Of a stretch of DNA of 54,791 nt, positions 28,011 through 36,754 are shown in pieces (the first letter of the stretch is position 1; the number at the start of each line of letters is the position of its first letter). Source of the DNA: Armatimonadota bacterium (GTDB taxonomy: Bacteria > Armatimonadota > Zipacnadia > Zipacnadales > UBA5352); assembly GCA_034722055.1 (NCBI GenBank), contig JAYENL010000278.1:1-54791 (forward strand), in the 5' to 3' direction. The notes under the pieces are model-generated. The model worked only from the letters and a program-made list of their open reading frames with translations. It was not told the origin of the DNA and did no database searches. The translations under genes were made by a program, and so were the position numbers.

Positions 28011-30028
28011 GGCCTGTAGCGGACTGGCTTGCCAATGCGACCCGGGTCACGGCCCTGGCGCTGCTTCTGGCGCTGCCGTGGTTCGCTGGCTACATGTTCC
28101 AGGAGCGGGTGCTGATCGCCGGGATGCTGACGCTCGTGGTGGGCCTGCTGGCGTGTGTCGCCGCGGCCCTGGGCGCGCGGAGGGTGGGCGCAGGCGTGGG
28201 TGCAATCGCCTGGCCGCTGGGGGGCTTTGTGGCGTGGTCGGCGCTGGCCGCGGTCTTCAGCGTCTACCTCCACGCCAGCCTGGTGAGCGTGCTGCAGCTC
28301 GGCGGCTACGTGGCGGTCCTGTGTGTCTTCGCGTCGCTGTTCCGGGAGCATCGCTGGCGCCGTGCGGCGTGGATGACCATCGCGGCGGCCGGGGCGGTGG
28401 AGGGGATCGTGGGCCTCCGAGAGTGGACGCAGACGGCCATCTTCCAGGGCAATCTGACTTGGCGCATCTTCGGCACCATGTACAACCCCAACGTGGTGGC
28501 GGGCTATCTGCTGGCGTGCCTCCCGGCGGGCGTGGTGGTGCTGGCCGTGGCCTGGCACAACGCGAGGAGCGACGACGAGCGCCCGCGGCTGGGACTCATC
28601 GCGGCCGGCTTCGCGGTGGCGATCCCGTGCGCGGCCCTGCTGCTGACGGGCTCGCGAGCCGGGATGCTGGGAGCGATGCTGGGAGCCGCGGTGCTGGCGA
28701 TTGCCTCCCCCAATCGCATCCGCGGCCGATGGGTGGTGGCGGGCCTGGTGCTGGTGGTGCTCCTGGCGGTCGCCGCCCCGCCGATCCGCAGCCGCCTGCT
28801 CTCGGCCACCACGCAGTCGCACTCCGCCATCTTTCGATGGTACACCTGGGTGGGGACGGCGCGGATGGTGGCCGCGCGGCCCGTACTGGGCTTCGGCCCC
28901 GGCAGCTTCGAACACGCCTACTCCCTGTACGCCGTGACCGGCTTCACACGCATGGCCCACCAGACGCCGCTGCAGATCGCCGCCGAGGCCGGCCTGCCGG
29001 CCCTGGCGCTGGTGCTGGCCGCGGTGGGGATGCTGCTGCGCCGGATGCGTGACGCGCTTCGACGCGGCGGCATGCGATCGATGGAGGTCGCTGCCGGCTT
29101 GGCGGCCATGGCTGCGCTCGGCTTCCAGAACCTGGTGGACTACACGTGGTACGTGCCGGCGGTGGGCCTGACACTCACGGCGGCGGTGGGGCTGGCGCTG
29201 GCGGCGGCGCGCGGCGAGGAGGCGCCGGGGGATGAGGGCAGGCCGAGGCGATGGCTGTGCTGGCCGCTGGCCCTCGCGTTGGCTGGAGGGGCCATCGCCG
29301 GCGGGATCGGGCTGCGGGCCGAGGTGCTCGCCGAGCGGGGGCGGGCGCTGCTCGGCCGGGGGCGCTATCACATGGCTGCCGGCTGGCTGCGGCAGGCGGC
29401 GGAGATCGACCCCCTGGACGCCGAGATCTGGGAGGACCTCGGTCAGGCGGCCGCGGGCACCAGGCCCGGAGGGCTGGAGCGTGCGGTGCAGGCCAGGCTG
29501 CGCACGGCGGAGCTGAACCCGCTGAGGGCCGGGAACTACCTGGGGCTGGCGTGGGTGTATGAGGCGCTGGGTGAAGAGGAATCGGCGCTGCGGGCGGCCC
29601 GCAAGGCCATCGAGGTGCATCCCAACTACCCGCGCGCCTACGTGACCCTCGCTCAGCTCCAGGAGAGGCACCGGAGCCACGCGGAGGCGCTGAAGACGTG
29701 GCGGGCGCTGGAGGAGGTGTACCAGTCCCCTGTGGGGCAGTACCAGGCGGTGAAGGAGCCCACGGACTTCTCCTACGCGTACGCCTGGATTGCCCTGGGC
29801 CGGGAGGCCGAGAGCGAGGGGGACCTGGCGACCGCGCGGGACTACTATCAGCGTGCCGCGGAGCTGGCGGGGGAGTTCGCCCGCCTGCATCGAGAGCGCG
29901 AGGAGGTCCTCCAGGCGCCGGGAACCTGGGACGAGCGGGAGGTCCGGGAGGCCGAGCGGGTGAAAGCCGAGGCCGAGGCGGGCCTGAGCAGGATCCAGCG
30001 ACGCGGCGATGGGCGGGATGCCCCATGA
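28007..30028 (+). CDS. O-antigen ligase family membrane protein with C-terminal TPR repeats
   Basis: Many TM helices, RIFGTMYNPN..AGYL, LTGSRAG, P.LGFG.G.F, AH...LQIAAE.G; TPR-like C-terminus; GTG start overlaps the upstream stop. Confidence 0.85.
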   Translation: MRPVADWLANATRVTALALLLALPWFAGYMFQERVLIAGMLTLVVGLLACVAAALGARRVGAGVGAIAWPLGGFVAWSALAAVFSVYLHASLVSVLQLGGYVAVLCVFASLFREHRWRRAAWMTIAAAGAVEGIVGLREWTQTAIFQGNLTWRIFGTMYNPNVVAGYLLACLPAGVVVLAVAWHNARSDDERPRLGLIAAGFAVAIPCAALLLTGSRAGMLGAMLGAAVLAIASPNRIRGRWVVAGLVLVVLLAVAAPPIRSRLLSATTQSHSAIFRWYTWVGTARMVAARPVLGFGPGSFEHAYSLYAVTGFTRMAHQTPLQIAAEAGLPALALVLAAVGMLLRRMRDALRRGGMRSMEVAAGLAAMAALGFQNLVDYTWYVPAVGLTLTAAVGLALAAARGEEAPGDEGRPRRWLCWPLALALAGGAIAGGIGLRAEVLAERGRALLGRGRYHMAAGWLRQAAEIDPLDAEIWEDLGQAAAGTRPGGLERAVQARLRTAELNPLRAGNYLGLAWVYEALGEEESALRAARKAIEVHPNYPRAYVTLAQLQERHRSHAEALKTWRALEEVYQSPVGQYQAVKEPTDFSYAYAWIALGREAESEGDLATARDYYQRAAELAGEFARLHREREEVLQAPGTWDEREVREAERVKAEAEAGLSRIQRRGDGRDAP

Positions 30029-30465
30029 TGGTGGCGGTGATTCACGGTCCGAACCTGAACCTGCTGGGCGTGCGGGAGCCGGAGGTCTACGGGACGGTGA
30101 CGCTGGAGGAGATCGATCGGCGCATCGAGGAGCTGGCCGCGGAGCTGGGGATCGAGGTGACGCTCAGCCAGCATAACAGTGAGGGGGACGTGATCGACGC
30201 CATCCAACGGGCGGGCTGCGAGGCGGACGGGATCGTTATCAACCCCGCCGGCTATACCCACACCTCCGTCGCCATCCACGATGCCCTGAAAGCCGTGCCC
30301 GTCCCGGCCATCGAGGTGCATCTGAGCAACATTCTGGCCCGGGAGGACTGGCGGCAGCGGTCGATGACCGCCCTGGCCTGCGAGGGAATCATCGGCGGCC
30401 TGGGGGCGGAGAGCTATCTGCTGGCGGTGCGGGGCATCGTGGCGCTCGTGGAGGCCGGGCAATGA
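30025..30465 (+). CDS. aroQ: Type II 3-dehydroquinate dehydratase
   Basis: HGPNLNLLG.REPEVYG, INPAGYTHTS, EVHLSN motifs. Confidence 0.97.
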   Translation: MMVAVIHGPNLNLLGVREPEVYGTVTLEEIDRRIEELAAELGIEVTLSQHNSEGDVIDAIQRAGCEADGIVINPAGYTHTSVAIHDALKAVPVPAIEVHLSNILAREDWRQRSMTALACEGIIGGLGAESYLLAVRGIVALVEAGQ

Positions 30466-31517
30466 TCGGCGAGCGGATGACCGCCGTGCGGCAGTGGATG
30501 GAGGGGGAGGGCCTGGCCGCGCTGCTGGTCTCCTCGGGGCCGAACGTGCGCTACCTCACGGGCTTTTCCGGCGAGGGCCTGCTGGTGGTGGATGATGAGG
30601 GGGCGCTGGTCTGCACCGACAGCCGCTATGCGGTGCAGGCGGGCCAGGAGGCCCCCGACCTGGAGTCCGCGACCGACGGGAACCACCTGCAGCAGGCCAT
30701 CGCGCGGCTGGAATGCGGGGGCCACGAGCGCGTCGGCTTCGAGGCCGCACACCTCAGCTACGCCAGCTTCCAGACGCTCTCTGAGAAGCTGGACGGCGTG
30801 GAGCTGAAGCCCTGCGAGGATGAGATCAAGCGGCTGCGGGCCGTGAAGCACCAGGGCGAGATCGCACTGATCGAGCGGGCAGCCGGTGTCGCCGATGCAG
30901 CCTTCGAGCAGTGGCGCCGAGAGCTGCAGCCGGGGATCGCCGAGCGCGAGGCGGCGCTGGAGCTGGAGCGTCTGATGGTGCTTGGCGGCGCCGAGGGGGC
31001 ATCGTTCGAGACCATCGTGGCGACCGGCCCCAACGGGGCGAAGCCGCACGCCCGCCCCGGCCCCCGAAAGATCCAGGGGGGCGACATGGTGGTCGTGGAC
31101 TGGGGGGCGGTGGTGGACGGCTACTGCTCGGACTGCACGAGGACCGTGATCGTGGATGATGTCGATGACCGCCAGCGGGAGGTCTGGGAGGCGGTGCGGG
31201 AGGCCCAGCAGGGGGCGCTGGCGGCGCTGCAGCCGGGGATGACCGGCAGGGAGGCGGACTCCGTCGCGCGCGAGGCGCTGCAGGAGCGCGGGCTGGCGGA
31301 GCACTTCAAGCACGGCCTCGGGCATGGGGTGGGACTGGAGGTGCACGAGCTGCCGCGGCTGAGTGAGAAGAGCGAGGACACTATCGATCCGGGCATGGTG
31401 GTGACCATCGAGCCGGGCGTCTACATTGAGGGCTGGGGCGGCGTGCGGCTGGAGGAGCTGGTACTGGTGACTGAGGAGGGCGGACGGGCCATCACCGCCG
31501 CCGGCTACGACCTTTGA
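30462..31517 (+). CDS. Xaa-Pro aminopeptidase (M24 family)
   Basis: YLTGFSG, DSRY, SFETIV, PH, DWG, YCSDCTRT, HGLGHGVGLEVHE, TIEPGVY, GGVRLE. Confidence 0.95.
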   Translation: MIGERMTAVRQWMEGEGLAALLVSSGPNVRYLTGFSGEGLLVVDDEGALVCTDSRYAVQAGQEAPDLESATDGNHLQQAIARLECGGHERVGFEAAHLSYASFQTLSEKLDGVELKPCEDEIKRLRAVKHQGEIALIERAAGVADAAFEQWRRELQPGIAEREAALELERLMVLGGAEGASFETIVATGPNGAKPHARPGPRKIQGGDMVVVDWGAVVDGYCSDCTRTVIVDDVDDRQREVWEAVREAQQGALAALQPGMTGREADSVAREALQERGLAEHFKHGLGHGVGLEVHELPRLSEKSEDTIDPGMVVTIEPGVYIEGWGGVRLEELVLVTEEGGRAITAAGYDL

Positions 31518-31542
31518 CTTTTGGCGGGGAATACCGTATCCT
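31514..31542 (+). promoter_or_regulatory. Putative internal sigma70 promoter for efp
   Basis: TTGACT-N17-TATCCT overlapping the peptidase stop codon. Confidence 0.55.
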
Positions 31543-31620
31543 CTCAGGCACCCCTGCGGGGCGGGCGCAGAGGCCGGCGGCCGGTCGCAGGGGGGCTTGG
31601 TAACGAGGAGGTCAGACGGC

Positions 31621-32184
31621 GTGGTCACACCGAACGATTTCAAGCCCGGATTGACCATAGAGCTGGACGGGCGCGTGCTGCAGGTCGTGCAGGCGGACCA
31701 TCACAGGCAGGGCCGCGGTGACGCTATCGTCCGGACCAGGCTCCGCGACGTCGAGACGGGCGAGGTCTTCCAGAAGACCTTTCGCTCCAATGAGGACGTG
31801 GAGACCGCCCACGTGGATCGCAGGGACTTCCAGTACCTCTACACCACCGGCGAGACCTACGTCTTCATGGACATGGAGACCTACGAGCAGCGAGAGCTGA
31901 CCCGCGACATCCTCGGCGAGAACGTCAAGTGGCTCAAGGAGGGCGAGACGGTGCAGTTCGCCCTCTATGAGGGCAAGATCGTGGGGATGGAGATCGACAA
32001 GACCGTTGACCGGCGCGTCACACAGACGGACCCGGGCCTGCGTGGTGACACCACTCAGGGCGGCAGCAAGCCGGCGACAATCGAGGGGGGAGCGGTGGTG
32101 CAGGTGCCGCTGTTCGTGCAGACCGGGGACGTGCTGCGGGTGGACACCGAGACCGGGGAGTACGTCGGCCGGGTGGAGAGCTGA
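31621..32184 (+). CDS. efp: Translation elongation factor P
   Basis: NDFKPG, QYLY, FMDMETYEQ, TDPGLRGDT, KPA, VPLFV, DT.TGEY..R; GGAGG before GTG. Confidence 0.96.
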   Translation: MVTPNDFKPGLTIELDGRVLQVVQADHHRQGRGDAIVRTRLRDVETGEVFQKTFRSNEDVETAHVDRRDFQYLYTTGETYVFMDMETYEQRELTRDILGENVKWLKEGETVQFALYEGKIVGMEIDKTVDRRVTQTDPGLRGDTTQGGSKPATIEGGAVVQVPLFVQTGDVLRVDTETGEYVGRVES

Positions 32185-32196
32185 GAGGCGGAGCGG

Positions 32197-32661
32197 ATGC
32201 GGATCGACAGGGAGGCCGTGGAGCGGGTGATCGATCTGCTGGCCGGCTCGGACGCGGCCGAGATCGAGATCGAGGACGGCGAGACCCTCGTCCGCGTCAG
32301 CCGCATGGCGCGCGCCCCGGAGGTGGCGCCCGCTGTTGAGGCTGAGGGCCAGGAGACGCCGGAGGTGCCGATGGAGGCCGCTCAGCCCGACGAGGCCGCG
32401 GAGTCTGAGGCCCGCGTCGAATACGTCACGGCGGGGCTGGTGGGGCTGTTCCACCAGGGCCCGGCGCCGGACGAGGAGCCCATGGTCCAGGTGGGCGACG
32501 TGATCTCGGCCGGGGAGGTCATCGGGACCATCGAGGCGCTGCGCAAGCTCACCGACGTCGTCTCGCCCTATGACGGCGAGGTGATCGAGGTGCTCGTTGA
32601 TGACGGAGAGGCGGTGCAGTACGGGGATCGGCTGTTCGCGGTTCGTGTCGAGGAGGCGTAG
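32197..32661 (+). CDS. accB: Biotin carboxyl carrier-like protein with a non-canonical biotinylation site
   Basis: AccB N-terminus, Ala/Pro/Glu linker, VG.F....P...P.VQVGD, V.YGD.LF; EALRKL in place of EAMK. Confidence 0.85.
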   Translation: MRIDREAVERVIDLLAGSDAAEIEIEDGETLVRVSRMARAPEVAPAVEAEGQETPEVPMEAAQPDEAAESEARVEYVTAGLVGLFHQGPAPDEEPMVQVGDVISAGEVIGTIEALRKLTDVVSPYDGEVIEVLVDDGEAVQYGDRLFAVRVEEA

Positions 32662-32665
32662 GATC

Positions 32666-33037
32666 ATGGGCGGGGGGCGGCAGTCGGGACAGGCAGGCTT
32701 CGCGCTGGTCGAGATCCTTCTGGTCATCGTCATCATCGGTCTGCTCGCAGTGGGCTACTACGGCCTCAGCGGCCCCGGGGAGAAGGGCCAGGAGCAGGAG
32801 AAGTCGATCCCTGCGCGGTCCATCGACAAGGCCAAGAGCGCGCAGTGCGCCAGCAACCTGAACCAGTGCCGGCAGCTCATCGAGATGTACGTGATCGAAC
32901 ACGGGGAGTATCCCAAGAAGTTCAACCCCGGGCAGCAGGGCAGCATCGGTACCTGCCCGGTCAGCGGCAAGCCCTACGTCTACAATCCGCAGACCGGGGA
33001 GATCCACTGCACCACTCCCGGGCACGAGAACCTGTAG
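32666..33037 (+). CDS. Small type IV pilin/pseudopilin-like protein
   Basis: Class III signal G|FALVE followed by a hydrophobic helix; C..NL, YP and CP.SG.PY.Y...C motifs. Confidence 0.8.
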   Translation: MGGGRQSGQAGFALVEILLVIVIIGLLAVGYYGLSGPGEKGQEQEKSIPARSIDKAKSAQCASNLNQCRQLIEMYVIEHGEYPKKFNPGQQGSIGTCPVSGKPYVYNPQTGEIHCTTPGHENL

Positions 33038-33082
33038 GAGAAGGTCCGCGGCAGCGCAGGGCGGACGGACGGAGCGGAGCGC

Positions 33083-34444
33083 ATGTTTGACAAGGTCCTG
33101 GTGGCCAACCGCGGTGAGATCGCCTGCCGGGTGATCCAGTCGTGCCGCGAGCTTGGGGTCGCCACCGTAGGCGTATACTCCGAGGCTGACAGGGACGCCC
33201 TGCACGTGCGGATGGCCGATGAGGCCATCTGCATCGGCGCTTCGCCTAACACCGATAGCTACCTCAACGCCGCCAACATCCTCAGCGCGGCGGTCATCAC
33301 TGGCGCCGACGCCATCCACCCCGGCTACGGGAATCTCTCGGAGGACGCCAACTTCGCCGAGGCCACCGAGAGCTGCAAGCTGACCTTCATCGGCCCCTCC
33401 GCCGACGCCATCGCGCGGGTGGGGAACAAGGCCGAGGCCCGCAAGACCGTGCGAGAGGCGGGGGTGCCGGTGGTGCCGGGGAGCCTGGACGGCATCCGGA
33501 ACCCCGAGGAGGCGCGGGATGTCGCGCGGGACCTGGGCTACCCGGTGATGGTGAAGGCCGCCGGCGGCGGGGGTGGCCGGGGCATCCGCATCATCCACAA
33601 TGATGAGCAGATGAAGGAGGCCGTGGAGCGCGCGGCCTCCGAGGCCCGGAGCGCCTTCGGCAATGGCGAGCTTTACATTGAGAAGTACATGGAGGACCTG
33701 CGCCACGTGGAGGTGCAGATCCTCGCCGACACACATGGCAGCTACGTCCACCTGGGCGAGCGCGACTGCTCCATCCAGCACCGCCACCAGAAGCTGCTGG
33801 AGGAGTCGCCGTGCCCGGCGGTAGGCAGCACGCTGCGGCGGCGGATGGGCGAGGCGGCGATCCGGGCCGCGCAGGCCGCCGGCTACACCAACGCCGGGAC
33901 GGTGGAGTTTCTCCTGGATGCCCGGGGCCGGTTCTACTTTATCGAGATGAATGCCCGCATCCAGGTCGAGCATCCGGTCACTGAGATGCTCACCGGGATC
34001 GACATTGTGCGGGAGCAGATCCGCATCGCGGCCGGGGAGCGGCTGCGCCACGAGCAGGGCGGTATCTGGTTCGAGGGGCACACCATCGAGTGCCGCATCC
34101 TGGCCGCCGACGGCGACCGGGGCTTCATTCCCTCGCCCGGGACCATCACCGCCTGGGAGATGCCCAGCGGCCCGGGGATCCGCATCGACAGCGGCGTGGC
34201 CACCGGTTCGGTGGTGTCCACCCACTACGACCCGATGATCGCGAAGGTCATTACCTGGGACGAGAATCGCGAGAGCTGCATCGAGCGGATGCGGGCCGCG
34301 CTGAGAGGAATGCGCATCGAGGGCGTGAAGACCACGATCCCCTACCACCTGCGGGTTCTGGGCAACGCCTACTTCCGGCGAGGTGAGGTTACCACTCAGT
34401 TCATTCAGCGACGGGTGCCCATCGATCAGGGAGGTGGACATTGA
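33083..34444 (+). CDS. accC: Acetyl-CoA carboxylase biotin carboxylase subunit
   Basis: KVLVANRGEIA, IHPGYG, GGGGRG, ERDCSIQ.RHQK, EMNARIQVEHPVTE, YDPMIAK. Confidence 0.96.
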   Translation: MFDKVLVANRGEIACRVIQSCRELGVATVGVYSEADRDALHVRMADEAICIGASPNTDSYLNAANILSAAVITGADAIHPGYGNLSEDANFAEATESCKLTFIGPSADAIARVGNKAEARKTVREAGVPVVPGSLDGIRNPEEARDVARDLGYPVMVKAAGGGGGRGIRIIHNDEQMKEAVERAASEARSAFGNGELYIEKYMEDLRHVEVQILADTHGSYVHLGERDCSIQHRHQKLLEESPCPAVGSTLRRRMGEAAIRAAQAAGYTNAGTVEFLLDARGRFYFIEMNARIQVEHPVTEMLTGIDIVREQIRIAAGERLRHEQGGIWFEGHTIECRILAADGDRGFIPSPGTITAWEMPSGPGIRIDSGVATGSVVSTHYDPMIAKVITWDENRESCIERMRAALRGMRIEGVKTTIPYHLRVLGNAYFRRGEVTTQFIQRRVPIDQGGGH

Positions 34445-34614
34445 TGGTCGAGGAGAATGCCCGCGACTTCTGGAGGTGCACAGCGGGGAGCGCCTTCGGA
34501 CTCGCGTTGGCCGTGGTGTGGATGGTAAAGGGTTTCCCCTGGTTTCTGCTGGCGGCGGCCTTGACTGTCGTCGGCGGGCTGGGGGCATGGCTGTTCGGAC
34601 GCATCTTCGCGTGA
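34444..34614 (+). CDS. 56-aa two-helix membrane protein (DUF2273-like), not in the ORF track
   Basis: ATG overlaps the accC stop (TGATG) with GGAGG upstream; translation MVEENARDFWRCTAGSAFGLALAVVWMVKGFPWFLLAAALTVVGGLGAWLFGRIFA; fills the gap to nusB. Confidence 0.75.
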   Translation: MVEENARDFWRCTAGSAFGLALAVVWMVKGFPWFLLAAALTVVGGLGAWLFGRIFA

Positions 34615-34626
34615 CGAGGTGTCGTG

Positions 34627-35100
34627 GTGGCTGAGGGTGCACGACGGCGAGGGCGTGAGCTGGCGCTCTCCATTCTGTTTCAGGCGGACCTTTGCCAGCT
34701 TCGCGCCGGGAATGCAGTATCCCGGCTGGAGCAGACGATGGAGGTGCTCGCGGAGACCTGGCAGATGGCGCCTGAGGAGCGGCGCAAGCTGGGGCCCGAG
34801 ATCGAGGAGTTCGCCGTCCGGCTGGCGGAGGCGTACTTCGCGCGGGCGGAGGAGATAGACCAGCACATCGAGCGGCTGGCTCGGGACTGGACGCTGGAGC
34901 GCATGCCCGCCACCGACCGCAATGTGCTGCGGGTGGCGGCCGCGGAGCTGCTGGGGGTCCCCGAGACCCCGGTGAGCGTGGCCTTCAACGAGGCGGTAGA
35001 GCTGGCCAAGCTCTACGGCACCCCGGCGTCGGGGAAGTTCGTCAACGGCGTGCTGGCCAGCCTGGCCCGGGAGAAGGGCCTCGTCTCGGAGAAGGCGTGA
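34627..35100 (+). CDS. nusB: Transcription antitermination factor NusB
   Basis: RRRGRELAL..LFQ, ID..I....W..ERM...DRNVLR, NEAVELAK.YG...S.KFVNGVL. Start could be 34624. Confidence 0.95.
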   Translation: MAEGARRRGRELALSILFQADLCQLRAGNAVSRLEQTMEVLAETWQMAPEERRKLGPEIEEFAVRLAEAYFARAEEIDQHIERLARDWTLERMPATDRNVLRVAAAELLGVPETPVSVAFNEAVELAKLYGTPASGKFVNGVLASLAREKGLVSEKA

Positions 35101-35106
35101 GCGGAC

Positions 35107-36504
35107 GTGGCTGAGCGCCCGGATCCGGGACGGATGTCGCTGTCTGTCTCCGAGCTGACAGCGTACATCAAGCGGCTCATCGACGGCGATGAGCTGCTTG
35201 CCCAGGTATCAGTGCACGGCGAGATCTCCAACCTCGCCCGCCCCAGCTCCGGCCACCTGTATTTCTCGCTCAAGGACGAGGGCAGCCAGCTTCGCTGCGT
35301 CTGCTTCCGGGGCGACGCCTGCCGGCTGGGGTTCGATCCCGATGACGGCCAGCAGGTCCTGGCCCACGGGAACGTCACGGTCTACCAGCCGCGCGGCGAG
35401 TACCAGCTCATCGTGCGGGCCATGCGGCCCGACGGAGCCGGCGAGCTGGCCGAGGCCATCGCGAAGCTGCGGGCGAAGCTGGAGGGGGAGGGGCTCTTCG
35501 AGCCCTCGCGGAAGCGGCCCATCCCAGCCTTTCCGCGGCGGATCGCGCTGGTGACGTCGCCGACGGGCGCGGCAGTGCGCGATCTCATCACCGTCATCTC
35601 CCGGCGCTACCCGCCGGCCGAGATCATTGTGGTGCCGGCGGTGGTGCAGGGCGAGGAGGCGCCGGAGGGCCTGGTGCGGGGGCTGCGGCTGGCGGCGGAG
35701 GTCTGCCGGCCGGACGTGGTGATCATCGGCCGCGGCGGGGGATCGCTGGAGGACCTGTGGGCGTTCTACGATGAGCGGGTGGTGCGGGCGGTCTTCGCGT
35801 GCCCGGTGCCCGTCATCAGCGCCGTGGGACACGAGACGGACGTATCGCTGTGCGACGAGGCGGCGGACCTTCGGGCGCCCACGCCGTCGGCGGCCGGAGA
35901 GCTTGCGGTTCCGGACGTGCGGGACCTGGCGGGTGGGCTCGACCGCCTGGGCCAGCGGGTGTGCACGGCGCTGCGGGAGCGCCTGAGCCGGGGGGACTCG
36001 CGGCTGACGGCGCTGTGTGAGCGGCCGGTGCTGTGCCGGCCGGAGAGCATGGTGGAGGGGCGCTGGCAGCGGCTGGACGAGGCCGGCATGCGCCTGGTGC
36101 GGTCGGGCGATGTGGCGACAGAGCGCCTGCGTGCGCGGCTGGCGGAGTCGGTGCTGACGCTGCGCACGCTGGATCCGAGGGTCCGGCGACGGCTGACTGC
36201 ACTGGATCGGCGCCGCAGCCGCATCGTGGCGGCGGGAAGACGGGCGCGAGAGGCCCTTCGACGGCGCTTCGAGCGCGTTCACGGCCGGCTGGATTCGGCG
36301 GAGGCGTCACTGCGAGCGCTGGACCCGGCGGGGGTGGTGCAGCGCGGCTACGCCCTGGTATGGCGGGATGAGGATCAGCGCCTGGTACGCAGCATCGAAC
36401 AGGTATCGACGGAGGATGGCATACACGCGTCGGTTGCCGACGGCGAGATTCGGGCGCGGGTGACCGGCACGGAGGCGCGAACGGAGAGCTCGACCGGTGG
36501 CTGA
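35107..36504 (+). CDS. xseA: Exodeoxyribonuclease VII large subunit
   Basis: SVSELT, GEISN...SSGHLYFSLKD, TSPTGAAVRD, RGGGSLEDLW, SAVGHETD, RAPTPSAA. Confidence 0.96.
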   Translation: MAERPDPGRMSLSVSELTAYIKRLIDGDELLAQVSVHGEISNLARPSSGHLYFSLKDEGSQLRCVCFRGDACRLGFDPDDGQQVLAHGNVTVYQPRGEYQLIVRAMRPDGAGELAEAIAKLRAKLEGEGLFEPSRKRPIPAFPRRIALVTSPTGAAVRDLITVISRRYPPAEIIVVPAVVQGEEAPEGLVRGLRLAAEVCRPDVVIIGRGGGSLEDLWAFYDERVVRAVFACPVPVISAVGHETDVSLCDEAADLRAPTPSAAGELAVPDVRDLAGGLDRLGQRVCTALRERLSRGDSRLTALCERPVLCRPESMVEGRWQRLDEAGMRLVRSGDVATERLRARLAESVLTLRTLDPRVRRRLTALDRRRSRIVAAGRRAREALRRRFERVHGRLDSAEASLRALDPAGVVQRGYALVWRDEDQRLVRSIEQVSTEDGIHASVADGEIRARVTGTEARTESSTGG

Positions 36505-36754
36505 AGAGGATCGCGACATTGAGCAGCTCGGCTTCGAGGAGGCGCTGGGGGAACTGGAGGAGATTGTGGCGGAGCTGGAAAGCGGGCAGGTGGTGTTGGA
36601 GCGGATGTTGGATCGCTTCGAGCGCGCCATGGCCCTGCGCCAGCACTGCACGCGGCTGCTGACGGAGGCCGAGACGAGAATCGAGCAGCTCGTTGATGAG
36701 GAGGGTGGCACCGAGCCGTTCGCGGCCGGTGATGCCGATGACAGTGAGGCTTGA
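36497..36754 (+). CDS. xseB: Exodeoxyribonuclease VII small subunit
   Basis: FEEAL.ELEEIV..LESG...LE.....FE....L...C...L..AE; follows xseA. Confidence 0.93.
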   Translation: MAEEDRDIEQLGFEEALGELEEIVAELESGQVVLERMLDRFERAMALRQHCTRLLTEAETRIEQLVDEEGGTEPFAAGDADDSEA

